Assembly: GCA_026026165.1 (NCBI GenBank) | Contig: JAPEUD010000001.1 | Location: 682,001 to 746,000, forward strand | Direction: 5' to 3' | Length of the DNA: 64,000 bases | Source of the DNA: Sarea resinae | Lineage: Eukaryota | Shown here: positions 1-13,146 of the stretch, one piece after another | How positions within the stretch are numbered: position 1 is the first letter of the stretch | How the letters are laid out: the number at the start of each line of letters is the position of its first letter | The notes under the pieces: generated by a model | The model's database searches: none | What the model was told of the DNA's origin: nothing | What the model saw: only the letters and a program-made list of their open reading frames with translations | Position numbers and translations under genes: made by a program

Positions 1-514
1 AGTCGGCAATATCCTCACTGCATTTTTCGCAGCGTAAGTTGTCCGCAGGTTGGATGATTTTAAGACTAAGCTAACATATCTCCAGAGATTATATTGCGCA
101 CCTTGACGGTGTGACTGTGATCGATGGAGGCTGGTTGAACCATCACTGGGTCCAACTCGGATACCAGCTTGCGGACTCGGTTTCCGGCTTTGTCTATTCT
201 TTCGGTGGAACTTGCATCATTCTCTTCATCATGAACCTCATCCCTGGTCTCAGTCTACGTGCGAGCGAAGAAGCCGAGATCCTCGGTATCGATGATGCCG
301 AGATTGGAGAATTTGCCGTATGTCTAGCTACGTCTCCCATTTCACGGCTATACTAATGTGAATATAGTACGACTATGTTGAGCTTACCCGTGAGGTCGCC
401 GCTGGCCAATCCATCGATGGTGGCTCCAAATACTCTGGCGAGCATGAGTCCCCTGTCCGGCCCAATGAGAAGGCTTTCTCTACCTCGGACGATATCATCG
501 ACCCTCGCCAATAG
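1..514 (+). CDS. Ammonium transporter (Amt/Mep family), 3' end only. Exons <1-33, 86-317, 368-514.
   Basis: The spliced translation VGNILTAFFAA/DYIAHLDG...GGWLNHHWVQLGYQLADS...IPGLSLRASEEAEILGIDDAEIGEFA/YDYVEL matches the fungal Mep C-terminal region. Introns are GTAAGT..CAG and GTATGT..TAG; stop TAG at 512-514. Confidence 0.93.
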
Positions 515-1151
515 ACGTGGTCGCCAATCTGTTACGAAGTTTTTCTCATTCTAGATCTGTGATCTTTCCTCATCTCGCTCGACAAAGATTCCTCTTCCGC
601 AAAGAATCATCAAATATCCATGTTCCGGCCGCCCGTATATCCGGGCTCCGGCTGATGACTTGATTTTAGAATAGCGTCTGGCAAGATTTTTTGTGAGGAG
701 CAGGGGAGCGCCGATCATCTGTAAAATGTAGCATCTTAGAGGCTTAGTAGTAACTTATAAATATTCGCTTTCAATGAACTGTATCATCAGCAAGAGTCCT
801 TTTGAATCCCGAATTCTAAAGACATGAAACCGTCAAAGTGCGTCATTATTGGAGGGGGCCAATGTTTACCTACGGGATGGATCTTGAAGGATAGATACTT
901 TGATGCCGATCGATGCCAGATCCTCGGCACTAGTCGGGCTGCCGCGCTAGAGTGGAATCGTGAACTTGCGAGCGACAATTCGACGTCAATTTTGGGCCAA
1001 CGTATCTCTGTCCGAAACAAGGTAAACTCAACAACTTCAACATCATCGTCGCATAAACCACACAGCAAACCCTCTTTTATTTACATCTCGGAAATTGTTG
1101 TCTTTCGGTCATTCTACCAACAGTAGCTGTCAGTATCAGCGCTCTTCGAAA

Positions 1152-2683
1152 ATGTCCGAGCAGGAAGGCTCTCCCCCTCTGAACTCAGCGGGCCTTTCAG
1201 CTGCGCGCGTAGCGTTCCCTCGTACGCCCGAAGAGTTCGAAGGCGACCCACGGGTCTCATTCTCCAAACTCGAAACTAAATGGCTCCTCGAAGAAGACGA
1301 TGGCCAGGAATACGAATTCGATGAGGCGCTGAAGAGATGGATACCAGTGGTACGCCTATCCTCTTGCCGGGAAAGCTCTCTTCGCAGCATCTTATGTTCA
1401 TGACATTGCATATTGTGGTCGAGCGGCAATTCTAATCAGCTTTGATGTGTTCTCGGGTCATACAGTTGGACGATGCGCTGTTAGAGCAGCAGAGACAGGC
1501 CTACGCGGTTTCGGGGGTGGATGAATCGGCGCCTGCTCAACCGCAGAAGAAAAGGAAGAACGTCTACACGAATGGCGAAGAGGTATGGCATTTCCCACTG
1601 TGATTTCAATGGAGCTCTACTTACATGCCACACTTCAGGAGGGCAATGGGAAAGCTAAAAAGCCCAAATCCAGTGCTGAACCCCGGGAGCGGAAGAATAC
1701 CGCCGTCTACGTCACGAGCCTCCCCACCGACGTGACGGTGGACGAAGTCCAGAGCGTCTTCTCGAAATGCGGCGTCATTGCCGAAGAGATCGACAGCGGT
1801 AAACCGCGCATCAAGCTGTACACGGACGAGGCGGGCAACTTCAAGGGCGATGGCCTGGTGGTCTATTTCAGAGCCGAATCGGTGAACCTTGCCATACAGA
1901 TGCTGGACGACACCGATTTCCGCCTAGGCGTTACGGGTCCGGCGGGCAAGATGAAAGTGCAGGCGGCAGATTTTTCGTACAAGAGCCAACAAGATGCGCC
2001 GACGAAGACGTCGATGAAGGACAAGAAGAAGATCATCAAGCGGACACAGAAATTAAACAAGTATGTATTGATCCTGCGTCTCGCATGGGAGGCTACTCTG
2101 ATGTTGATGTAGTAAGCTCGCCGATTGGGATGATGACGATCCTCAGTCCATCACCGAGACCAGTTCTCGATGGGATAAAGTGGTCATACTCAAACACATG
2201 TTCACGCTCCAAGAGCTCGAGGTATTCTCTCCTTATTCTTGAGTCACGCTCATCACAGTCACTCACGCTCGTTCAGGACGATCCGGCTGCCATTCTCGAT
2301 ATCAAGGAGGATATAAGAGAGGAATGCGCCAAGCTGGGCGAGGTCACCAACGTAGCCTTATTCGACAAAGAGCCCGAAGGGGTGGCAAGTGTGCGATTCG
2401 GCAACGCCGAGGCCGCCAGAGCTTGCGTTCGGGTGCGTTGGAATGTTTGCAACCACTGGTGATAGCTGGCTGATTTTCGAAATAGGTCATGAATGGTCGA
2501 TTTTTCGACGGCACGCAAGTCGAAGCCTACATCGCAAACGGCAGCGAAAAGTTCAAAAAGTCCAACGAGAAGAAGCTGGGTGTCGCCGAGGACGAAGAAG
2601 AAGAAGCGGAATCGGAGAATCAGCGGCTGGATAAGTTTGGATCCTGGCTCGAGGAGGAGACCAATCGTGGCGCCGAGTCTTAG
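1152..2683 (+). CDS. CUS2: U2 snRNP-associated splicing factor, Tat-SF1/Cus2/Uap2-like (two RRMs). Exons 1152-1349, 1466-1582, 1639-2060, 2113-2221, 2277-2432, 2486-2683.
   Basis: RRM1 is NTAVYVTSLP...FSKCGVI...PRIKLYTDEAGNFKGDGLVVY. It is followed by KLADWD and a UHM-type RRM2 (VILKHMFT...DIKEDIREECAKLG...MNGRFFDG). Five canonical introns keep the frame. Confidence 0.9.
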
Positions 2684-3199
2684 GAACAGGGTTTCTCGTT
2701 TGTTTATTAGGAGCACTCGTCACAGATCTGCAAGGAGAAGACTTGGATATTGATTTGCCCCAGGGGACTTTGCAAAACCTGGAATGTATTGGATCCGAGG
2801 CCGGATATGGTACGGGGACTGAAACGACCTGCTCGGTCAGGTCCGAAACAAAAGTTGATGTTTTTCGTCTTGTCGTCCGACGAATGTGGATCAAAATGGG
2901 GCCTGCTTGTCAATCAACAGCGTCCGGGTCCGGGACCTGGGAGGATTAGCTTCCTCGGCGAGGGAGCGACGAAGGCAGCGAAGATGGAGGGGGTCGAGGC
3001 TCATAGTCTTCTGTAATAATACCTAGCACCGCCCCCCCTCCCCTCCCCTATTTTTCATCATCCCGACGACTCCACGACCCCATCCTGATCCCCATTTCGG
3101 ACCATGGGGCAATCCCGCACTTTGCTCACCGGCTGCTCTGCGTGTAAGATACGAGTTTCAGTCTTCTTTTATATATTTTTAGCTTCCCTTTAGTATCCC

Positions 3200-4800
3200 A
3201 TCGAAGCTCTATCTCAGTCCCAGTCCCAGTCCCCATAGTCTCAGTCTCAGTCTCAGGTCCCGCATGATAGATCAACATGAGCATCTCGTATGCAGACAGA
3301 CTACGCTAGACAGACAGACAGACAGACAGACAGCTAGACAGAAAGACAGAAAGACAGCCAGATAAAACAGACAGCCAGTACGGACAGATAGATACAAGCA
3401 AGCAAGCAAGCGTGCATACAAGTGACGGGGGTCAATCAGATAGTGGCGTGATATGATACGATACCGTAAAACATGATTTCAGTCGGATCTACTCCGTGAT
3501 TCAATTCAATTCAATCCAATCCAGTGCATCGTAGTCCACCCACGTAAAAGCCCACGTAGAAAAACGCATCCCCCGCATCCTCCTAAAAGCAAGAAAGATG
3601 GAAAGAATGAATGAAAAGAAAAGAAATGAAATGAAATGAAATGGAATCAGCATAAGTAAGCAACACCAAGCTCTAATATCTAATGTCTAGTAACTGACAT
3701 TTTAACATTCTAACATCAACATCAACATCTACATCTACAGAATCTCTCTCCTTCTCCTCCTCTTCTTCTTCTCTTCTTCTTCTCTTCCAAAACCAAAACC
3801 AAAACCAGACCCCAGGTCCTAAGTCAAGACCAAAACCCAAACCCCATGTCAAGCTCAGATCAAGATCAAGAGCAAATCCGAAACCAAACCCAAACCCAAA
3901 CCCAAACCCAAACCCAAAACCCGAAGGCTAAAACTGAGATTGAAACCGAAACCAAACGGAAAATATCACAGCTAGAAACCCCAGAAAAAAGCGCAACTCT
4001 CCTAACCCACATACATATATATATATATACATACATCTATACATCTGTCTTATCTGACTTTGAGTGGAGTGGAGTAGAGTTGAATCAAGTTTGAATTCAG
4101 TCAGGTTGGGAGAAGGCATCTTTAAAGTCCCCGCGTGAGTCCGCGTGAGTCCTCGAGGCTTTTGGAAGGGGATGGAAAGGCTTCTAGAAGGTGATAGGAT
4201 AGGATGGGGATGGGGATGGGGATGGGGACGGGATCGAAGGGGGAAAAGCGTTACGAGTCTTGAGGATGTATAGTTTATTTACTTACTTACTTTCATACAT
4301 ATATATACCTGTATATGAGAATGTTGGCCGAAGGAGATGTGTATGTGAATAAGAATAAGAATAGGAATGTGAATGGATGATGTGAATGGGTGATGTTACT
4401 GACAAGATAGATGAGATAGATAGAACAGACGGGAAGCAGATAGACAGGACAGACGGAACAAACACACAGAAAGATGAACAGACGGATGCGATCAAGATTC
4501 TATATAGATAGATAAATCGATAGAAAGATAGATAGAGACACAAATGGCCCAAGTAAAATGATATACCCATCTCGAGCCAACCACAAAGGGACAATTGATA
4601 TTTAAGCGCCAACCCATAGCCACACCCCCCACGACCCGAGCCGACCCTATCCTATCCTGTCCTATCCTGTCCTGACCGACCCTGTCCTGACCGATCCTGA
4701 CCACAAGTTATCCTGTCCCAGTCCGATCGATCCTGCCCAATGAAATCCCCAGCCAGTTTTCCCAGCCCAACCAGCCAGCCGGCTAGACAGACAGATGACA
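3200..4800. repeat. Microsatellite-dense intergenic tract between convergent genes: (CAGA)n, (GAAAT)n, (CCAAAA)n/(CCCAAA)n, (GGGATG)n, (GATA)n, (CCTGT)n
   Basis: Short tandem runs are directly visible, e.g. 3308-3345, 3623-3645, 3885-3920 and 4202-4230. Confidence 0.85.
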
Positions 4801-5174
4801 GTGTACACGCAGGCTAGATAACAATTCAGATTCTAGATGGAGAGATGAAAGACGACAGAAAGAAAAATGTTAGAGATCAAACGTGACGAGAGCTGAGAAC
4901 TCCAGCCCAGCGATAAAGCAACGACGGAGCGAGAATGAGTGAGTAAGGAAAGGAATTGCGCCACGGGTCAAAGTGAGGGAGTTCGGAGAGGAGACAGGAG
5001 CTCGATCGAGAGATGCGCATACGAGACGAAAGAACGCTTGCTTCGCCCGGGACCGCAGGAAAAAGTTCGAAGATAAAGATACGTCAAAAACTAAACATTA
5101 AAGATTATTATACAAGTAATTAGTCATCAGGTATTCCGGCAATTGAGCGGGAATATATTAAGTTGTTGGGGCAT

Positions 5175-7391
5175 CTAGAAATCCTCCGGTCCTTGGTTCG
5201 TAAAGATATAATTCTTCGGTCTCTGAGGCGAGGACTGTGCTGGAGGAGGTGGGGGAGGCGGTGCTCGCTGCTGTGGCGTGTATTGATGAAACAGTAACTC
5301 TGGAACACGCTTAGGTTCGTTAGCAGTACCGTTGAGCTCGGCTTCAGAAGCGCGATGACGGGCTTGGCTTTGGTAATGATGCTGCTGCTCCAGGATCTGA
5401 CTCTGTTGCAGTTGCAATTGCAGTTGCTGCTGCTGCTGCTGCTCCTCCAGAATGCCTGTCAATTCCGAGTCGCCACAGCCAAGCGGTGAGGCGTAGATGG
5501 GTTGAGGCATGTAAAGCGTCGACGGAAAGGAGATGATTTCGGATGGCAGGATGGAGGCTTGGGACAGGCCACGAGAAGAAAGTAGACCGCTAGCAGAATG
5601 CGGAGAGGATGAATACTCCGAAGGCTGGTGCTGCGGCATCCCGGTGTGCATGTCAATGGCAAAAGGTGTCGAGGGCGGAGAAGTCGTCTCTGTTGTAGTC
5701 GGGACTATATAGCCTGGGTAAGTGGGATAATATAATGAAGAATGATCCGCCATGCTACTAGATCTATCGGACCGTGCATGATCCATATCCAAGGGAGACA
5801 TAGGGGTCGGTGGTGCGAGGCTGCCACTGACCGATGGCATTTGCGAGGCTGACCTTGGCGTTTCGTATCTCTCATCGGAAAGCCCGAATGCATCGGCAAA
5901 GTTGGAGGCGTTGAAAGGTGACCGTTGTGCACTGAAGACCCTGTTCTGCATGCGACCGCGTGTGGGATTGAGATTGTTCGTGGATCTGATGCGACGCATC
6001 GGCGACGATGGATGGAGCAGCGATCCTTTTCCAATTGGAGAGACGGGCATACTGCCCACCATGGCATGCCCTCGCAGTGAAGCATTGCCAAGAGCTGCGG
6101 GCCGAGGTCGCTTTCTCCGAGCGGCGAGGTCCAATGGTGCCTCGGGTTGCTTGAAGACATCGTCGGGCATCTTCTGTGGAAGAACTATGGCGTTGAAGGT
6201 GTCATGTAGCTCTGGTGGGTAAGAACTTCGCTGTACTAGCTCGGTTTCCGAAGGTTCTGTCTGAGCTTCGCCTGAGAATGGATGACAATGCTGTTGTAGC
6301 TGCTGCTGTTGCCGAGGCATGAGCTGCGGAGGGAAGTTTTGAACTCGAAATTGCGGCTGCATCTGATCCGAGTCTGGCGTTTCGGGGATAGCACCAAATG
6401 ATTCCTCATGATCGATTGGCGGCTGATTTGAGTGCGCGTACGAATAATTCCGTTCATCCCTTGCTCCGTTTGCCTGCAGCATATCTTCCGCCTCATATGG
6501 ATGAGGCCAAGACAGGCTGGATCCCTGACTGCTGCAGTATTCCGAGAACGAGGGTGCCGGGATAAGAGCTTCCGGAATTGAGATATCCTGGGTCGATCTA
6601 TCATCTAACGAGTAAGTGTAGGGCGCGATGCCCTCATGAACCTCGGCATTGGGTTTGCTCGACGAGAAGCCTTCGCTCAAATCGCCCATAGGGGAGATTT
6701 CATAGACGGGACCTTGTTGTACTGAGTGATGCGCATATCGTAGATCAACGGGGTGGGCTGAATTGTTGCTGAGGTACAGACGACTCAGTGTGTTCCCGCA
6801 TTCATCGGTGAAGCCGCCAAAGCTCCCTCCAGGAAATTGAGATTGATCGAGTTCACAAGGAAAATGTTCCGAAGATATGATGAAGCTGGGGGAGAACACT
6901 TCTGGATAGCTCCCTCCGCTAGGGTGTTGATTTGCGTGCAGAACCTCGTACTCTTGCTGCTTTCTCTGCTGTTTCGCTTTTGCCCGTCGGTTTTGGAACC
7001 AATTCTGCGGTCAACGGTCAGCCTTGAGCATGGAAATAAGCTTTTGAACATGGCTACTCACAGCGACGCGCTGGAGTGACAAGCCAGTCTCCTCAGCCAA
7101 GTGTCGTTTGATATTACTATTAGGTTTATGGTGGGCCTGAAATTGCTTCTCTAGCAGCCACACCTGCTCCCTGGTGAGGCGTGGCCGAGTCGATACATCG
7201 GTTTCCTCATGTTCTTCCGATGAGCGGACAGGCTGACGTTGGGCGGATCTTGGGATTGATTGGGTTCCATGGCTTGCACCTTGATGCTGGAGGTCATGGG
7301 AAGCTATTTGGCAGTCATCCGTCCTAGCCTCGACCAGTCTCTCATCAAGGTCCTCATGGGTAGAGGGTGTGTTATACTCGCCCAAGGCCAT
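5175..7391 (-). CDS. hbxA: Homeobox transcription factor, HbxA/Hbx1/Htf1-like developmental regulator. Exons 7391-7062, 7004-5175.
   Basis: The homeodomain RPRLTREQVWLLEKQFQAHHKPNSNIKRHLAEETGLSLQRVA|NWFQNRRAKAK is joined across intron 7005-7061 (GTGAGT..CAG). Downstream are an LAARRKRPRPAAL motif and a Q/P/S-rich tail. The start ATG at 7391 is inferred. Confidence 0.88.
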
Positions 7392-8545
7392 GTTTGTCAA
7401 CCTGAGGCTTGGGAGGGATTGAAGTAGGCTATTGTCGGCAGTCACTAGATGGATACTCCACCAAGACGGATTTGACGATTGTCGTCAGAGATCGGCACTG
7501 CACCGAGGGATCGACCTGACAGCCTCACTGAGAGCGGCTAGAGAGTTGATATTGCATGCTTCTGCTAACGTAAACGAACGACTGAGATCCACGGCGATAT
7601 AGAAGTAGAGTAACGAATGTAGAGGGTGTCAACACAACACAAAGGGAGGGTGTGGCTCGAGGATTCCGAGCGGTTTTAGAGCAGCTGCAAGATCAACGAG
7701 GACGGAGTGTGCTTGAAGCACGCACACACACACACACCATCAGCACGATAGCTTGGATGGAGCCCTCAGCGTGGGCGAGCACAAAAGAGGGAGCAGAAAG
7801 AATGACAGAAGGAACACCATGTGGTGGTGGAACCAACGGGATGCAGGATCATGAGCGTGAGAGAAGCAAGAGTCGAAGCAAAGCGCAGCAGCGAGCAGCG
7901 TCGAGCAGCATCGGTCGAGCAAGGTACGCACGCTGCACCAGATTCCGGACTCCGGAGCTCGCAACGAACGAACGAACGAACGAGACGGACGGGCCTGTCT
8001 GTAGGAGTACTCCGTACACGACCCTGGGACGTACGAAGATACTTCATGTTCGCACACGAGCGTAGCGCGTACCGGCTGGCTCAGCCAGCAAGTTCAAGCT
8101 CGGGGCCATCTACTACATAGTATGTACGAGTACAGCTCTGCAAAGCCACCGACAGAGGAAAGTCGACAAAGACGGGCGAAGCGAGCTGCACGACGGGCCC
8201 CTGGTAGGAATCTTCCTGGTCTAGCCAGGGGCACGAAGACAGACGAGAGAGTTTAACGAGAGATGGCCGCCAGGCCGCACGGTAGAGTAACGAACGAGAC
8301 GAGACGAGAAGAGTTGGGGACTCAGGCGGGAGCCCTGCGAGTCTGGTTGGCCCATCCTTATCCGAGGGCGCATCGAGAACTGTCACGATGGGTAAGACAT
8401 GGCCAAAGATGATGCCCAGCTGGCGAGCCAAGACGACCATCACGATCTCCGAGATGTCGTCGACGAGAGGTGTCATAGGGCGGTACCAAGTCCAGCGGGT
8501 ACCTCGGTAGGCTGTGTCCATGTGCACGGTGTGCCACTTGAGAGC

Positions 8546-8547
<2 letters not shown>

Positions 8548-8614
<67 letters not shown>
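8548..8614. repeat. Poly-G homopolymer, 67 nt
   Basis: Uninterrupted G run counted directly; a second short G run lies at about 8636-8644. Confidence 0.95.
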
Positions 8615-8615
<1 letters not shown>

Positions 8616-11384
8616 GGGATGGCATGGCGTGGATGGGGGGGGGGCGGACCGAGAGAGAGATGCCTCCGCTTCTCTTCCTCCAGTACGAGTACAGTAGTAG
8701 TAGTCAATGAGGACGAGTAAGGTACTTCTCCGTCCTTCTTCTCCTCTACATAGTAGACAGAAAGAGAATGGATGCGTCAGGTATGGAAGGATTGCTAAGG
8801 TAGGTCTCTCTACTCGTACTTGTTCCTCTGACCTCTGACCTCTGACCTTGAGGGCTTCTCACGGGAGATTGAGGGTGCCGTTTGGCTTGGGCGCGCCATC
8901 GTATGACTTGCATACCTTAGGTCTCCTTTGACAGATGATGATGATGATGATGATACCTAGGCCATGATGATGATATGGTTTCGACATTGGGGACAGTTGG
9001 GAGATGAGCACAGAGGTACCCTTGGACCCTGCGCTCAAGACCGGCAACGACGCCGCCACTGGGTAAGGCAGCTTAAATACGGATGTCGAGTGCAACAACA
9101 CTGTCTTGGAGACAGTGGTAGCGGGAGAGAGAGCTGGCACCTTGCCTGGGCCAGGCAAGGCAAGGTAGGTACAAAGCACCAATACAGTAGGTAGCCAAAG
9201 GATCTTGCTTTCCTGGGCTCTTCCACTCGTACCTGCAGCTCCAGACGTCCGCCGGGTACTCCGTACTGCATACCTTACTAGGTAGTAAATGAGGATCATG
9301 ATCCAATCTGTGGCAGCATCCGTCTGCGGCGATAGCTGGGCCAGTAGGTAAGGTCGCCATCGAGGAAATTGTCCTCGGCCATACCTGGGCACTTTAGGCG
9401 CAAAAGGGAGAGAGCTGGAGGAGAGAGCGGCGGCCCTTACTGGTTTGGTGGCTTCTCCGCCCTCTTTGGTCAGGTTCTATGCGCAGGAAGAGAAGGAAGA
9501 AAACGCCAGCGGCAGCACCCGAGACGAGCGACGGGGCGGGCCCTTGGCCTGTCTGAGCTCCACAATCAATACCTACTTCGTACGAACGACATCACCTACT
9601 CCGTACTTTACATGTATTGCACGCAGTAGCTCTCCAGCTTCTTATCGGGCCCCCCGCCTTGGCCAACTTCCAGACCAAGTTCGCTTGATAGGGATCGAGA
9701 TCTGTTACGGTTGATGGATCATCGCCGACCACAGCGATGATAGGAAGATAGGTAATGATAGAATGGTCAGGATCATGATCATAACTTGATGGTGTCTCCT
9801 CGCCTCTCTTCTCCTGGTGTGTATCCGTACGAAGCCACTGCGACAAGCTCCACGTCTCCACAATGGACTTGGCCATGCATGAATGATCGACACTTGACAG
9901 GTCGACTGATCATCACTTGGCATCTACCTACCACTCCCTCTGCGTCCATCTCATGTTTCCAGAATCACAGATCAGGTACGCTAGGGAGGTAAGGCAAGGT
10001 CCGAACCCCGTACTTGAGTAAGATCACAACCATGGGACTCGCAATGCTCATCATCATCATCATACATACCTACATGCATACATACATGCATGCATGAGCC
10101 CCGTCGTCTTCACTTGACTAGATGCGGGGGGCAGTGGGAAAAAGGGTCGCGGGAAAGGGGGCTATGTCCGTGATGTCTATTTCCGTCTCTCTCCCTCTCT
10201 ACTCCTGCCCTCATGTCCTCTCATCCTCCAGCTCTCAACCAGCTCTCGTCATCTTTTCCTGGACCTTCCATCGTGCATCTCTCTCCCGTATGCGCTTTTG
10301 CTTCGGAAAGAATCGTATCCAGGAGCGACGGCAGCTGTTGAATCAATCCTTAGTGGCATCGATATGCGTCAAGCCCGCTTGCATTTCCACAGGACCGCCG
10401 GTCGGGTCTATCCTCGTCTCGTGGGGGCTTAGGGTAGGACGAGAGAAACAAGAGAAGGAAGCGCTGAGTTGACTCTGAGCGCGTCGAAGACCTCTTGTGC
10501 GACACCATATGCATCTTGGAATACGGGCTCCGTGCAGAGCGGTAGTACGACGCCCAGAGCGCGCGCCTCTCTTCTCTCTCTCTCTCCCCTCAAGGATAGG
10601 CTCACCCCATAGCGGAGCCTCGACCGAATGAAGGCTACTCAATCGTCTACGCACCTACCATCGGTCCTCTCTACCCACTCGTACTTCGTACCTTGTCTGC
10701 TTTACCTTTTGCTGAGTACGTTAAGTTTTGCCTCGATCATGCGCACTGTCACTGCATCATTAGCTTGGCAGCGAACCTTGGCCTCATTGTGTCGCCTCCG
10801 ATCTCGTCGGTGAGCTACCAGAGAAGTCGTTTGCAGGGAGTGATTTAAGCTCCTTCTATCTTGAGTTTTGACTATGCACAGAATAAGACCACCATCTAAG
10901 TCGATGATGGCGTGAAAGCGGTGAGAAACGTTCTAGCGACCTCATGTCGATGATCTTCTTCTGTCGTGACATCTGCTAGGCCATGTGCGTTCTTGACGAT
11001 TGCACGATTGCGTGTTGAAATCAATCTTATAAGGTTGGGCTCTCCACGAGCTTCGCGCGCTGGTTGGATATACCCTACGACCGTGACTCTGCTTTTGGAA
11101 TCATCGCCGTCTCTGCAGGAGCGGTAGTGCTATTGTTGGAGCTTCCAGGACCTCACCATGGTAATGTAGCATGACCATTCGTTCGTGCCACCTCGAGCTG
11201 AGAACGAGTTCTTCGCACGCTGATGGACCGAGGATCCTATGACGATGGGAGATTCCGTCTTTCGTCCATTCATCGGCTGCGTACATCCACCCCAGGGAAT
11301 AATGACAGAACACATGGATGACGGGTATAATGACAGGGCAATTTCAAATCTTTCGATATCAAAGGCTAGCGAAGGCAGGAAAGT

Positions 11385-12214
11385 CTAATCTTGTAATGCA
11401 TCTCGAATCTCCACCAGCAGCTCTCCTGTCTTCACATCCTTTCCTTTGAATGATACACTCCGCATGTCTCGTACGATCCAGTCCGCACCAGCGTCTTTCA
11501 ATTGCTCAATCGAGTGCGTTGTCGCCAGACCAACTACTTTGCACCTGGCGGCCTTGCCAGCACGGATGCCCGCAGGCGCATCCTCGAATACTAGAATCGG
11601 CGCATCCTGCGACAAGCCGAGCTTCGAGCGTCCTAAAGCATAACAAGCAGGATCTGGCTTGCCATTCTCGACATCCTCTGCGGTGACCAGATTCTCGGGG
11701 TGGGCTAATTTGAGAACTTCGAGCCAACCAGTGACGAGCGGACGTGTGCCTGAGGTCACGATTGCCCTTGGAGCATGAGCGCTCTCGAGGGCAGAGAGCA
11801 TATCACGCGCTCCTGGAATCAACGTGGCATCTTGTCCAAACTCTCTCGGGATGAGGCTCTCTACGTGGGCAACGTCTATTCCCGAAGTTAGAACTGACCA
11901 TCGAGCAAACCAATCTGGCTGGGGCATTTACACTCCCTGGTGGCCCGCTTCGGGTCGTATAGCTTCAAGACATCGATGGACCGACGGCCATGAGAAGTGG
12001 CCAAGATCACATTTGGGTCCACTCCAAGTTCCGCACCGAGCCTGAGGTGCGGTCAGCGTGTCAAGCAGAGAAAAGTGGTCTTTGCTCACTTGTGCCAATG
12101 CTTGATGATTGCATTTGTCGAATCAATGATAGTGCCGTCCATGTCGAGTAGCAAACCTGCAAAAGAATGCATCTGCGCGGGGGCAGAGAACTGAGCTTCC
12201 TCTAACGAAGGCAT
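11385..12214 (-). CDS. GPP1: HAD-family phosphatase, glycerol-3-phosphatase (Gpp1/GppA-like). Exons 12214-12090, 12041-11932, 11875-11385.
   Basis: HAD motif I LLDMDGTIIDST, cap motif TSHGRRSID, motif II IVTSGT, motif III GKPDP, motif IV FEDAPAG. Two canonical introns. Confidence 0.88.
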
Positions 12215-12599
12215 ATTGAATATGATAGCAGTAGATTGGATGTGAAAGAAGAGGAGAAGACTGTGCCTCCGTCGATATAAATACTAGCGTCTATACATAG
12301 AGCTTCCAGGTGCTTTCCGCGTGGATATAAGACCTCTTCCCACGGACCAGATACGAGTCTGCTCCATTCTTAGCAGTAAACCACGCAATGACTAAGGAAA
12401 TTCTGTCGCGATGGAGGGTCCTCGTAGGGTTGATGGGATAAATTCCCAATTACCCGGTGAGCTGACTCATTGCGACCGCCGGAAAAAAGATAGGCCTATC
12501 TCCTGGGCCTCTCGACCGAGTGGACTCGGGCCCCTCGCCCCCTCGGGCTGGCTTGAAGACCGAGTGCTGCAGTCGTAAATCTTGCATAGTGGTTGGTGA

Positions 12600-12648
12600 A
12601 AGCTCGTAAATCTGGAAGTTCGTAAATCTGGAAGCTCGTAAATCTGGA
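12600..12648. repeat. 16-bp tandem repeat x3 (AAGCTCGTAAATCTGG), with a partial copy near 12572
   Basis: aagctcgtaaatctgg aagttcgtaaatctgg aagctcgtaaatctgg, in the divergent GPP1/NUG1 intergenic region. Confidence 0.9.
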
Positions 12649-13146
12649 CTTTACTATCCATGGACCCAATGAGAGACTTTGTCGAGATTGAGCGAGGCAA
12701 TTTAGCTGGTTGCATTGGGTATTTGGGCCTCACCAATCACTCATTATCGCCAGCCTTAGGAATAAGGGGCCTAGCCTTGTATCATAGATTTGCCTGTAGT
12801 CAATAGTCATCTATGATCCCTGTCAGATAACAATGGGCCTGTCTAAAGAACGTCTCTTTAACAGTGTTTTTTTGAATGCCTCTCGGGATATTGCTATATA
12901 CAGCTTTTAAGAGTGACGGTAGAGCTGTTGTTAACAGCGAGATCACCATGTACCGCAGCATGCGCGCTCTAGTGGCCAAGTACTGCGTATAGAGAGCGGT
13001 ACCTCCTACTTGTACATAGTATGTCCGTGAGTACCTTAGCTTCTCTACTATGGTAGTAACGGAGAAATCTTGGCGAGCCCCACGAACTTTTTTTGGGAAC
13101 CTCGACCAGAGTGCGATAACAACAACATCGACCAAATTCCGCAACA

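Noticed and set aside
3846..4704. ORFs with QTQTQ, YIYIY and GQDRI repeats
   Set aside because: They are translations of microsatellites.
8081..8720. Poly-Pro and poly-Gly ORFs (208, 103 and 68 aa)
   Set aside because: They are translations of the poly-G run, and the flanks show no protein-like signal.
11367..11387. Stop-codon readthrough giving a cryptic peroxisomal PTS1 on GPP1
   Set aside because: The context is TAG-ACT rather than TGA-CTA, and the extension TSCLR does not end in a PTS1. The other genes' stops I checked also lack this context.
12600..12648. Direct repeats as a possible CRISPR array
   Set aside because: The 16-bp units are contiguous with no spacers, the context is eukaryotic, and there are no cas genes.
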